DNA of 64,000 nucleotides from NCBI GenBank assembly GCA_002269645.1, contig NIVC01003461.1, forward strand, positions 1-64,000, in the 5' to 3' direction. Under the pieces are notes generated by a model. It was not told where the DNA came from. It was given only the letters and a program-made list of their open reading frames with translations, and searched no databases. Of this stretch, positions 38,201-49,683 are shown in pieces. Numbering within the stretch: position 1 is the stretch's first letter; each line of letters begins with the position of its first letter. This DNA comes from Macrostomum lignano. Lineage: Eukaryota. Both the position numbers and the translations under genes were made by a program.

Positions 38201-39916
38201 TGGTCATTGACTGAGTGACTTTTGATGGTTTGAGGGTGACTGATCATTGACTGAGTGACTTCTGATGGTTTGAGGGTGACTGATCATTGACTGAGTGACT
38301 TCTGATGGTTTGAGGGTGACTCATCATTGACTGAGTGACTTCTGATGGTTTGAGAGTGACTGATCATTGACTGAGTGACTTTTGATGGTTTGAGAGTGAC
38401 TGATCATTGACTGAGTGACTTTTGATGGTTTGAGAGTGACTCATCATTGACTGAGTGACTTCTGATGGTTTGAGAGTGACTGATCATTGACTGAGTGACT
38501 TTTGAAGGTTTGAGAGTGACTGATCATTGACTGAGTGACTTTTGATGGTTTGAGAGTGACTGATCATTGACTGAGTGACTTTTGATGGTTTGAGAGTGAC
38601 TGATCATTGACTTGAGTGACTTTTGATGGTTTGAGGGTGACTGATCATTAGCTAAGTGACTTTTGATGGTTTGAGAGTGACTGATCATTGACTTGAGTGA
38701 CTTTTGATGGTTTGAGGGTGACTGATCATTAGCTAAGTGACTTTTGATGGTTTGAGAGTGACTCATCATTGACTGAGTGACTTTTGATGGTTTGAGGGTG
38801 ACTGATCATTGGCTGAGTGACTTTTGATGGTTTGAGAGTGACTGATCATTGGCTGAGTGACTTTTGATGGTTTGAGAGTGACTGATCATTGGCTGAGTGA
38901 CTTCTGATGGTTTGAGAGTGACTGATCAGTGACTGAGTGACTTCTGATGGTTTGAGACTGACTGATCATTGGCTGAGTGACTTCTGATGGTTTGAGGGTG
39001 ACTGATCAGTGACTGAGTGACTTTTGATGGTTTGAGAGTGACTGATCATTGACTGAGTGACTTCTGATGGTTTGAGACTGACTGATCATTGGCTGAGTGA
39101 CTTCTGATGGTTTGAGAGTGACTGATCATTGACTGAGTGACTTCTGATGGTTTGAGAGTGACTGATCATTGACTGAGTGACTTCTGATGGTTTGAGGGTG
39201 ACTGATCATTGACTGAGTGACTTCTGATGGTTTGAGACTGACTGATCAGTGACTGCATTACCCCACTATGAACCCCGCCGCCAGGGCCTGCACCTCCGCC
39301 TGCAGCTGGACGGCTCAATAGCGAACATTTTCCGCGCCGCTACCGGACAATTCCGCCGGCTTGGCTATCGCTGTGCGACATTGTGGTGATCATAGCGCTG
39401 ATTCCGCTATTGACTAAGCTGGTATTCCCCTGGCTTGAGCGGCGGGGCAAGCACCCCAGTCTGGCTACGCAGATCCTATTAGGCATGTCCATCGCCTTGG
39501 CCTCCGTGCTCTGCGCCGGCGTGCTCGAGTCCTACCGGCTCAGCGTCCTGTGGGGCAATTCAACCAATCTCTGGCCTGTGGACTATGTTCAACAGCAAAT
39601 TGGCAATATGAATTATACGGCAGCTAATGTTAGCATAATGTGGCAGGTGCCCCAGTACTGCCTGATGGGTACGGCCGAAGCTTTTATGCCCGTTGCCTGC
39701 CTGCGGCTGGCCTTTCAGGTGAGCTGACTGTGGCCCAGCTGGTGTAGAAATCCACATGGCACAGCTGACAGACAGACAGACACAGACAGACAGACAGACA
39801 GACACTAAGACACTAAGACACTAAGACACACAGACAGACAGACAGACAGACAGACACTAAGACACTAAGACACTAAGACAGGCGGACAAGTCAGACAGAC
39901 AGACAGACAGACACTA

Positions 39917-39981
<65 letters not shown>

Positions 39982-40017
39982 CTAAGACACTAAGACACTA
40001 AGACAGGCGGACAAGTC

Positions 40018-40080
<63 letters not shown>

Positions 40081-40188
40081 TCAGACAGACAGACAGACAG
40101 ACAGACACTAAGACACTAAGACACTAAGACAGGTGGACAAGTCAGACAGACAGACAGACAGACACTAAGACACTAAGACAGGCGGACA

Positions 40189-40253
<65 letters not shown>

Positions 40254-40478
40254 GGCGGACAAGTCAGACAGACAGACAGACACTAAGACACTAAGACACT
40301 AAGACACTAAGACAGGTGGACAAGTCAGACAGACAGACAGACAGACACTAAGACAGGCGGACAAGTCAGACAGACAGACAGACAGACACTAAGACAGGCG
40401 GACAAGTCAGACAGACAGACAGACAGACACTAAGACAGGCGGACAAGTCAGACAGACAGACAGACAGGTGGACAAGTC

Positions 40479-40531
<53 letters not shown>

Positions 40532-40608
40532 GTAAGACACTAAGACAGGCGGACAAGTCAGACAGACAGACACTAAGACACTAAGACACTAAGACAGGCG
40601 GACAAGTC

Positions 40609-40661
<53 letters not shown>

Positions 40662-40738
40662 CTAAGACACTAAGACAGGCGGACAAGTCAGACAGACAGA
40701 CACTAAGACACTAAGACACTAAGACAGGCGGACAAGTC

Positions 40739-40787
<49 letters not shown>

Positions 40788-40815
40788 CTAAGACACTAAG
40801 ACAGGCGGACAAGTC

Positions 40816-40854
<39 letters not shown>

Positions 40855-41546
40855 TAGACAGACAGACAGGCGGACAAGTCAGACACTACGGGTCTTTCGT
40901 AAGAGACACCATGAGGCTCCAATAAACCGAAAGACAGACTGAAAAACAGGCAAAGAAACAGGTTGGCAGGTCAAAGACAGACCGAGCAGTAGTCAAATCG
41001 AGCCAGAATGGACCAAAAGACAGGGCCATACAGGTGTAGTTGCGGTATAGGCAGGCCGACAACCCAGCAGGTATCTGTTGTCACCGCAGTCCTGCAGTAA
41101 TTAACAGCCAAATCAAGTCAAGCACTGCAAACACACGCACACAGGGCGCGCCTCGCAACATGAAAGGCCTAATTACTGGCTTATTCTGGTTCACCTGCGG
41201 CTGCGGCAGCTTCGTAGGCGTGGCGCTGGTCTCGGGTCTGGCCGGGGCTGGCGTCTGGTTCCAGCCGTCCGAGCAGGGCAACCCGAACTGCCGCCTAGCC
41301 TGTTCCACTGATCCAACCCGGATTTGCGCCGAGTGCCACATGGATTTCTACTTCTACCTACTCAGCGGCATACAGCTTGGCGGACTGCTGCTGTTTGCAT
41401 TGCTCAGGTCGCGCTACCGACTGGCGACGTCTGTTGACGATTTCACGGCCGGCTCAGCCGCTGTTGGAGATGCTGTCAGCCAGATTAATAATAACGGGCC
41501 GAGGCTGCCCGGTTACAGCGCTAATAGGCGCAATGTGGACTTCTAA
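35205..41546 (+). CDS. SLC15A4: SLC15A4-like proton-coupled peptide/histidine transporter (POT/PTR2 family), 4 exons, with four 1-nt frame breaks
   Basis: Exons 35205-35719, 37421-38099, 39285-39718 and 41145-41546, all GT-AG with matching phases. ExxERxxxY motif (VELLERLAFYG), N-terminal dileucine signal EATPLL, GALKANLSPLGAQQ, FFNWFYW, YFQMQSTY and MWQVPQY. Frame breaks near 37706, 37900-37945, 37988 and 39290-39345. Confidence 0.88.
35785..37320. repeat. 27-bp intronic minisatellite GGGGAATTATTCTTTCCTATTTTACCT (SLC15A4 intron 1)
   Basis: Directly visible; homogeneous core at about 36150-37230 with degenerate flanks. Confidence 0.95.
38170..39255. repeat. 40-bp intronic minisatellite GAGTGACTTTTGATGGTTTGAGAGTGACTGATCATTGACT (SLC15A4 intron 2)
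   Basis: Period 40 with an internal 21+19 substructure around GAGTGACT. Confidence 0.95.
39767..40885. repeat. Compound microsatellite (CAGA)n/(CACTAAGA)n/GGCGGACAAGT (SLC15A4 intron 3)
   Basis: Directly visible. Confidence 0.95.
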
Positions 41547-42469
41547 GGCTTTGATAAGGCTTTGACTCCGTGTCTTTTGGGGGATGTACATTCGGTCAGG
41601 GCCGCTACACACCCCCTGTGTGACTGCTAGCTAGCTGACTAGCTGAAATCGATTCCATTAAAATATTTTTTTTCTACAATGTACTTATGTTAATTCTATT
41701 TCTCTACATATCTGTAGGCATTCTACCTTATTTTGTTTCTCATTATTCATCGACTTTTGATATCTTCTGTTCGATATCTCTTTCATCTCTACTTTGGTAG
41801 CTATTGGAAAATAGAGAAATAAGATGTGAATCCCAGCCTGTGTAGTTCTGCCACAAGTTCAGCTATGTACTAACCGCGGCCAGTTCTGCTTAACTTTTCC
41901 GAGAGCATTGGCTAGCGACTCTATTATGTCGGAAAGCTTATGTATATTTTGCTATATTTATTAAATACATTTTCATCAGTAACAATAATATTGCACTTGT
42001 TTCCAACTGGTATTATCAATTTATTCAGACTTTCAACCGCTTTCTTTCATTCTATCTCAATCAGTTATTTTTTGTCAGATGCTATTAAACTGTGCAATAC
42101 ATTTTTCTACCGCTTCTTGACTATGTTTAATTGATTCTGTACACAAACTTTTCTACAGGCTACAGTTTATTTAATCGTGTGAAGTAATGGCATGTGTTAT
42201 GCAATCAAAATTTGTTACTAGCCAAAATCTATGTTTTGCTTTGCTGCGGCACTGTGCTATTGTTTTTTCTGGTGCTACCAATACACCGTATTCTCTGTCG
42301 TGTATGTGTAAAAAGATAATTACATTATATGGATTTGATTTCATTTTCTAATTGTTGAGTGTCTGCGCGTGTTGCTTCATTTCGGCTTTTTCTGTAGGGC
42401 AGATTAAGTATGGGTAAATTTTGTTATTCAAGTTAAGACTGGAATGGAATTTCTGCATTTGTTATGTCG

Positions 42470-43665
42470 GCTAATAGCACAGCCTCAAACCCCAGCTCAA
42501 TCAGCACAGCCTCAACCCCAGCTCAATCAGCACAGTCTCAAACTCCAGCTCAATCAGCACAGCCTCAGATCCAGCTCAATCAGCACAGTCTCAAACCCCA
42601 GCTCAATCAGCAGTCTCAGACTCCAGTTCAATCAGCACAGCCTCAAACCCCAGCTCAATCAGCACAGCCTCAAACCCCAGCTCAATCAGCACAGCCTCAA
42701 ACCCCAGCTCAATCAGCACAGTCTCAAACCCCAGCTCAATCAGCACAGTCTCAGATCCAGCTCAATCAGCACAGTCTCAGATCCAGCTCAATCAGCACAG
42801 TCTCAGATCCAGCTCAATCAGCACAGTCTCAGATCCAGCTCAATCAGCACAGTCTCAGATCCAGCTCAATCAGCACAGTCTCAGATCCAGCTCAATCAGC
42901 ACAGTCTCAGATCCAGCTCAATCAGCACAGTCTCAAACCCCAGCTCAATCAGCACAGTCTCAGATCCAGCTCAATCAGCACTGTCTCAGATCCAGCTCAA
43001 TCAGCACAGTCTCAGATCCAGCTCAATCAGCACAGTCTCAAACCCCAGCTCAATCAGCACAGTCTCAGATCCAGCTCAATCAGCACAGTCTCAGATCCAG
43101 CTCAATCAGCACAGTCTCAAACCCCAGCTCAATCAGCACAGTCTCAAACCCCAGCTCAATCAGCACAGTCTCAAACCCCAGTTCAATCAGCACAGTCTCA
43201 GATCCAGCTCAATCAGCACAGTCTCAGATCCAGTTCAATCAGCACAGTCTCAAACCCCAGCTCAATCAGAAGTCTCAGACTCCAGTTCAATCAGCACAGT
43301 CTCAAACTCCAGCTCAATCAGCAGTCTCAGACTCCAGTTCAATCAGCACAGTCTCAAACCCCAGTTCAATCAGCACAGTCTCAAACCCCAGTTCAATCAG
43401 CACAGTCTCAAACCCCAGCTCAATCAGCACAGTCTCAAACCCCAGCTCAATCAGCACAGCCTCAAACCCCAGCTCAATCAGCAGTCTCAGACTCCAGTTC
43501 AATCAGCACAGTCTCAAACCCCAGCTCAATCAGCACAGTCTCAAACCCCAGCTCAATCAGCACAGCCTCAAACCCCAGCTCAATCAGCACAGTCTCAAAC
43601 CCCAGCTCCATCAGTACAGTCTCAGACTCCAGTTCAATCAGCAGTCTCAGACCCAGCTCAACTGA
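42470..43665. repeat. 24-27-bp tandem array CTCAATCAGCACAGTCTCA(AACCC/GAT)CCAG upstream of PTCD3
   Basis: Directly visible; ends about 40 nt before the PTCD3 ATG. Confidence 0.95.
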
Positions 43666-43704
43666 GATAACACTCTGTACACTCCGCAGTACACCAAAGG
43701 ACGA

Positions 43705-46700
43705 ATGCTGCTTCAACGCGCCCTGAGGCTGGCAGCCAGCGGCAGCGGAGGCGGTCGGTGCTGCCGTCAGCGGCGGAGCTTCCAGGCTAGCCGAGTCCCG
43801 GATCCCCAGCTGCGCAACCAGCTGCCCAGTCCAGTTGAACGCGACGAGTTCACGGTGTTGAAATGCCTAGCCGGCACCGTCAGCGTAGAGGCTGACGCCG
43901 TTCCGCACTACTCCATCGACGATAGCTTGTTCCTGCGCTACCGCCAAGGCGACCTGATGCTGGCCAGACGGTCTGGCCGAAACTTGGCCAGGCGATTCCT
44001 GCAATCGGACGCGGCACAGCTGGCCCAGTTGAACATGGAGTGCCCGCCTGTGCCGGCTTGGCGGCCGCTGAGATCTGTTGACGGGCTGGAGAACAACGAG
44101 GAGAATCTGAGATTGCTAATCGATTTGGAACAGGTGGATCTGAGCTGGCGGATGTACAATAAGCTGATTAGTGACGGTTCCGGAGTTAGCGACGATGTCA
44201 AGTGAGGATTCTGCTGCATATATGCCCGCTATTTCATGCTTGATGTTATACAGTTTGCGCGTATGGCAGTGCGCGCTTGTAACAGTTTTGCGCGTATTGC
44301 AATGCGCGCTTATAACAGTTTTGCGCGTATGGCAGTGCGCCCTTATAACAGGCGCCTTTATTCCGTAGCGCCCTTATACAAATGCGCTCATTGATACATT
44401 AGTTTCGGGGGCTTCGGTCTCAACTCAACTCGGTGTTCGCCCCCTACCTCGCTCCGCAGGCAGAGCCTACTGGAGCTGCTCGCCTATCACGCCGGCTCGG
44501 ATCCGCCGCTCCGCGACATCAGCCCGGAGGAGATCTACTTCGCCGATCGGCCCCTCGTTGCCCCGGCCATGGCCGAGCTGGCGGCCGCCTGGACGGCTTC
44601 GGACAATCCGGCCCGAGCCGTCTATCGCAGTCTCGCCCAGCCAGTCAGCCTGGCCGCCAAAGCTGCTATGCTGAAGGCCCACTGCCGGCATGGCGCCTAT
44701 GCCGAATGCTTGGATCTGTACGCTGAGGTGGCCGAAGATCCCCAGCTGGACGCCGAGAGCCACGTTGCCGCCCTGCTAGCCGTTGGCGCGCACCGCCGCA
44801 GCTGGCCGGCCGTTCTGGCCGCCTTCCGCCGGTTGCCCGGCCAACCGGACGCCAGCGCCTATCGGCATTGCTGTCCGGCCTGGCCCTGGCCAAGGATGCG
44901 CCAGACGGTGGGCGAGCGAAACTGGTGTGCAGTCTGCTGGCCGAGATGCGCGAGCGTGGGGTGGAGACTCGGCTTAGTCTGGCCACCGGCACTGCCGCAC
45001 TGCGGGCTGCCTACGCCGATCAGCTCAAGAATTCTCTGCTTGATAAGTGAGTTTGTCTGGAAGATACTCATTTGCAGGTGATAGATTAGGGGTGAGATTC
45101 TCATCTAATTCTCATTTGCAGGTGCTAGATTAGGGGTGAGATTCTCATCTAAGTCTCATTTGCAGGTGCTAGATTAGGGGTGAGATTCTCATCTAAGTCT
45201 CATTTGCAGGTGCTAGATTAGGGGTGAGATTCTCATCTAAGTCTTCAATTTGCAGGTGATAGATTAGGGATGAGATTCTCATCTAAGTCTCTTATTTGCA
45301 GGTGATGGATTAGGGGTGAGATCTCATCTAAGTCTCTCATTTGCAGTGATAGATTAGGGATGAGATTCTCATCTAAGCCTCTCATTTGCAGGTGCTAGAT
45401 TAGGGGTGAGATTCTCATCTAAGTCTCTCATTTGCAGGTGATGGATTAGGGATGAGATTCTCATCTAAGCCTCTCATTTGCAGGTGATAGATTAGGGGTG
45501 AGATTCTCATCTAAGTCTCCCATTTGCAGGTCATAGATTAAGGGTGAGATTCTCATCTAAGGCTCTCATTTGCAGGTGATAGATAAGGGTGAGATTCTCA
45601 TCTAAGTCTCATTTGCAGGTGATAGATAAGGGTGAGATTCTCATCTAAGTCTCATTTGCAGGTGATAGATCTAGGGGTGAGATTCTCATCCAAGTCTCCC
45701 ATTTGCAGGTGACGAATTACGGTAGGGGTGAGATTCTTATCTGTAGAGTCTGCCAGTTGTTGAGAATAGACCTGTGGCTGACCCAAGCCTCCCATTAGCC
45801 TAACCCTACATTGTACCCAACCCCGTCACCCCAGGCTCCAAGGCCCAACCGAGTGGCTGTCGAACCCGGGCCTGCCCCAGGCTGCCCGGCCGGCCTGCTG
45901 CCGTCTCTGCTGGCCGACCTGTGCTCGAATCCGCCCGATCCGCTGGACACCGCCAGTCCGGACGACCTGGCCTTCTTCCCCACAGCTGCCTACCTGGCCT
46001 GCCGGGTCTACGCCAGCCGGGCCCTGAGCGAGCAGCTCGATTCGTTGCTGCACTCCGGCGCTTTTGTGTCCACTCTGGGCACCTTCAAAGAGCGTCGCAT
46101 AGTGTACGAATATCACCTGTTGAATCTGCTCACCGATCGGGGCGCCGATTTAGATGCTGCCATTAGTTACTATTCGGATCGGATCGAGCCGTCTGGCGTT
46201 GCTATGCTCAGCCATCTGATCCGGCTGATGCGAAAGTGCGTAGCTAAGCAGGCCGTGCACCGGCTGCCCGGCCTCATGGCTCGGTGCTTGCAGTTTGCCG
46301 ACTCACCAATCCCAACATATTGGCGCCCGCAAAGCTTTCTATCGGTGCGCTGAAATTGTTGAAGAAATGTTTGCTGATCAGCATCCGGCTGTCCGAGATC
46401 CCCAGTTTATGGCCGAACTGCGCAGGTCTCTGGCCGCTTCTCAGATGTGCTCAACAATGAATTCGTGTACGATCGGAGGCGGCGACGGGACGATGCGGTG
46501 AGATTTTTATGGGGGATTTTGAGAGGATGGAGAGTTAGGAGAGAGGAACGGGAGAGTGACGAGAAAGGAACGGAAGAGTGACGAGAGAGAAACGGAGAGT
46601 GACGAGAGAGAAACGGGAGAGTGACAAGAGAGAAACAGAGAGTGACCAGAGAGGAACGGAAGGGTGACGAGAGAGGAACGGGAGAGTGACGAGGGAGGAA

Positions 46701-47740
46701 CGGGAGAGTGACCAGAGAGGAACGGAGAGTGACGAGGGAGGAACGGTAGAATGACGAGAGGAGCGGGAGAGTGACGAGAGAGGAACGGAAGGGTGACGAG
46801 AGAGGAACGGGAGAGTGACGAGGGAGGAACGGGAGAGTGACCAGAGAGGAACGGGAGAGTGACGAGGGAGGAACGGTAGAATGACGAGAGGAGCGGGAGA
46901 GTGACGAGAGAGGAACGGTAGAATGACGAGAGGAGCGGGAGAGTGACGAGAGAGGAACGGTAGAATGACGAGAGGAGCGGGAGAGTGACGAGAGAGGAAC
47001 GGTAGAATGACGAGAGGAGCGGGAGAGTGACGAGGGAGGAACGGGAGAGTGACGAGAGAGGAACGGTAGAATGACGAGAGGAGCGGGAGAGTGACGAGAG
47101 AGGAACGGTAGAATGACGAGAGGAGCGGGAGAGTGACGAGAGAGGAACGGTAGAATGACGAGAGGAGCGGGAGAGTGACGAGGGAGAACGGTAGAATGAC
47201 GAGAGAGCGGAGAGTGACGAGAGAGGAACGGTAGAATGACGAGAGGAGCGGAGAGTGACGAGAGAGGAACGGTAGAATGACGAGAGGAGCGGGAGAGTGA
47301 CGAGAGAGGAACGGTAGAATGACGAGAGGAGCGGAGAGTGACGAGAAGAGGGATGAGCAGGGCAGCAAAGGGAAGAAGGCAAGCAGGAATCGAGGAATTC
47401 AGACAGTCCAAGTATTTTATTCAATCCAACCCGAGCCCCTGAACTCTCCGCCATCCAGCTGCAGATCAGCAGCATCCAGTCGGAGATGACGTCTGACCAC
47501 GCGGCCACCCTGATCCGCCTGGCCTCGCAGCTCCCGGCCGACTCGGACAGAGAGCAGGCGCTGCGCCTTGCTAACCAGCTGGACAAGTGCCTGACAGATA
47601 AGCGAGTGTCCAGCCTAAGCTACTGCCTGGCTTTGCTAGAACTGGCCGCCAAAAATGAGACAGAGCCGCCTAGCTATGAGCAGAGGGCCGCCTGCCTAGC
47701 CGTGATTGAGCTGTTGGACAGGACGGCTCACGAATTTCAG
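43705..47740 (+). CDS. PTCD3: Pentatricopeptide repeat domain protein 3 / mitoribosomal mS39, at least 4 exons, 3' end not found (gap), several frame breaks
   Basis: Exons 43705-44201, 44460-45046, about 45835 or 45843-46497, and 47459-47740. Mitochondrial-type basic N-terminus. RDEFTVLKCLAGTV...PHY..DD...ARRSGRNLARRF, QSLLELLAYH and SPDDLAFFPTAA align by eye with remembered PTCD3 motifs. Frame breaks near 44863, 46300-46345 and 46440. Confidence 0.8.
44250..44350. repeat. 33-bp repeat x3 in PTCD3 intron 1 (AACAGTTTTGCGCGTATTGCAATGCGCGCTTAT)
   Basis: Directly visible; internal GCGCG...CGCGC palindrome. Confidence 0.8.
45065..45740. repeat. 44-46-bp minisatellite in PTCD3 intron 2 (GTGATAGATTAGGGGTGAGATTCTCATCTAAGTCTCATTTGCAG), about 15 copies
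   Basis: Directly visible. Confidence 0.95.
46535..47345. repeat. Purine-rich 22+20-bp dimeric minisatellite in PTCD3 intron 3
   Basis: GAGAGTGACGAGAGAGGAACGG alternating with TAGAATGACGAGAGGAGCGG. Confidence 0.93.
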
Positions 47741-47784
47741 GTTAGATACAGTTAACAATTATCGCATTTTCGATAGTAGTGTTT

Positions 47785-48144
47785 NNNNNNNNNNNNNNNN
47801 NNNNNNNNNNNNNNNNNNNNNNNNNNNNNNNNNNNNNNNNNNNNNNNNNNNNNNNNNNNNNNNNNNNNNNNNNNNNNNNNNNNNNNNNNNNNNNNNNNNN
47901 NNNNNNNNNNNNNNNNNNNNNNNNNNNNNNNNNNNNNNNNNNNNNNNNNNNNNNNNNNNNNNNNNNNNNNNNNNNNNNNNNNNNNNNNNNNNNNNNNNNN
48001 NNNNNNNNNNNNNNNNNNNNNNNNNNNNNNNNNNNNNNNNNNNNNNNNNNNNNNNNNNNNNNNNNNNNNNNNNNNNNNNNNNNNNNNNNNNNNNNNNNNN
48101 NNNNNNNNNNNNNNNNNNNNNNNNNNNNNNNNNNNNNNNNNNNN
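47785..48144. other. Assembly gap (360 N)
   Basis: Run of n. Confidence 1.
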
Positions 48145-49095
48145 TTAGCAATTTTGTTTTACTTGTAACAGTCACCTTATTTAAATAATACTAAAACATT
48201 AAATTCATAAATCATATATTGATGTTCTATTGATGCTATTTAAATATATATATATATATATATAGTTAAAAGACGACTAAATGACAATGGCACTGAATTG
48301 CTCTGCTGACATTAGCTTTGGAAACATTAGCAATAAACAGAGTTTTGCTCTGATAATAACTTGCTCTACTGACATTACTGTTAGAGACTTTAAGAGACTT
48401 TGCAATAATGTCAATAACAATTGTGATATTTAAGCATTTATATTGATGGTGATATACTATAAATATCAATGAATGAAAACTTGAAAAGATGCCTAAAAAC
48501 AAAAAAATTGCAATTACTAGCCAACCTAGCCAATCTAATTAAGCCTATACTGTAATAAACCAAGGTAAATAGTAAAAATTAATAACTATGATGTAACTTA
48601 TAACTTTATGACTTTATGGACTAATTTGATGATTTCATACTTTTTTGACCAGTCCTCTTAGAGGCCCTTTTTAGAATAAATTCCTATATGCATAGGCTTT
48701 CAAAATTTCAAGAGTTTTGTTTAACTATTTATTTTGTCTCTATTTGAATAAGTTTGTCTGCATATTAGGGGCATAGGAAGGGTTTATGGAATTTTTGTCA
48801 ACTTGGTTGACAAAATGTTCCAACCCTCATTTCTGCAGTTGATAAATATTCCAAATCTTCCACTGCCTGTTGACGAAAGTTCCATAGCCAGATTGAAGGC
48901 AATCGGAGAACTACCTTTGTGCACAAGTTATTGCGTACGCTGTATTGCATATTTAACATGTGTTGATTGCCATTGTGGCAATGTTGTTGTGCATTACAAT
49001 CTAAGCATGAACTAGCTAGCAGATAGATGTACATGACTTGCAAGTTGGCACATGAACAGTGTGAACATGCAGTGTCCAACACAATTTAGAGAAAA

Positions 49096-49168
49096 CTAGC
49101 AATCTATGCCCCCCGTTGGAGATAATTGATTGCGGCACATACAAGATTTCCATTTTTAGTATATAGGA
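49096..49168 (-). mobile_element. 73-bp minimal Helitron-like element, same family as 1-20066
   Basis: Minus strand A|TCCTATATACTAAAAATGG...CTCCAACGGGGGGCATAGATTGCTAG|T, inserted at an AT dinucleotide with no TSD. Confidence 0.82.
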
Positions 49169-49249
49169 TATGGCCAGGTGCCACTGATTTCTGGAGTATA
49201 TATCTACTTGCACACCTATCCTCTTTTGTTTTGCTGTCACTTGTATGGA

Positions 49250-49436
49250 ATGAACAACAATATCGACAACTGCATTGTGTGCCAAGAGGCTGTGCACGCC
49301 GCAGCAAAGAAGGTTTGCAGGAATGATCAATGCAAAAAGTGGCAGCATCGTACGTGCCAAAGTGGTGTTAGTCGCCAACAGTAATCGCCATCTGCAGCAG
49401 CTAGAAAGTTTTGAGTTCAGCTGCAGCCTTTGCTAG
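49250..49436 (+). pseudogene. Stand-alone PHD-finger (C4HC3) coding fragment with a frameshift, probably transposon-derived
   Basis: MNNNIDNCIVCQEAVHAAAKKVCRNDQCKKWQHRTCQSGVSRQQ, then after a frameshift at about 49381 NRHLQQLESFEFSCSLC*. Confidence 0.55.
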
Positions 49437-49683
49437 GAAGAGCCCAGGAAACCTAAACAGCCTTAACTGCAAGCAATTGTTCTGCCTGCACTAGCTATCT
49501 AGTAGTAGCAGCAGCCAGCAGCCAGCTTTTATTGTAGCCTAACCTAGGCCTAGATATTTATCTACTAAATAAAGCAAATAGCCTAGGAGCCTAGCATATA
49601 ATAAATAGGTTGTTGTAATTATAACATAATAATTAATCTAATAGCTATGAGGTTGCTAATTAATGGTAGAAAGAGAATAGATA

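Noticed and set aside
42444-43726. 408/420-aa Q/S/P-rich ORFs
   Set aside because: Translation of the 24-27-bp array, open in several frames, with no ATG context or domain.
37700-46500. Programmed frameshifting or insertional RNA editing as the cause of the frame breaks
   Set aside because: No shared slippery or structural motif at the sites, and no precedent for nuclear animal genes; error or decay is simpler.
46407-47586. Three long minus-strand S/L/R/P-rich ORFs
   Set aside because: Antisense reading of the purine-rich intronic repeat of PTCD3.
47706-48188. ORFs spanning the N run
   Set aside because: Artefacts of the assembly gap.
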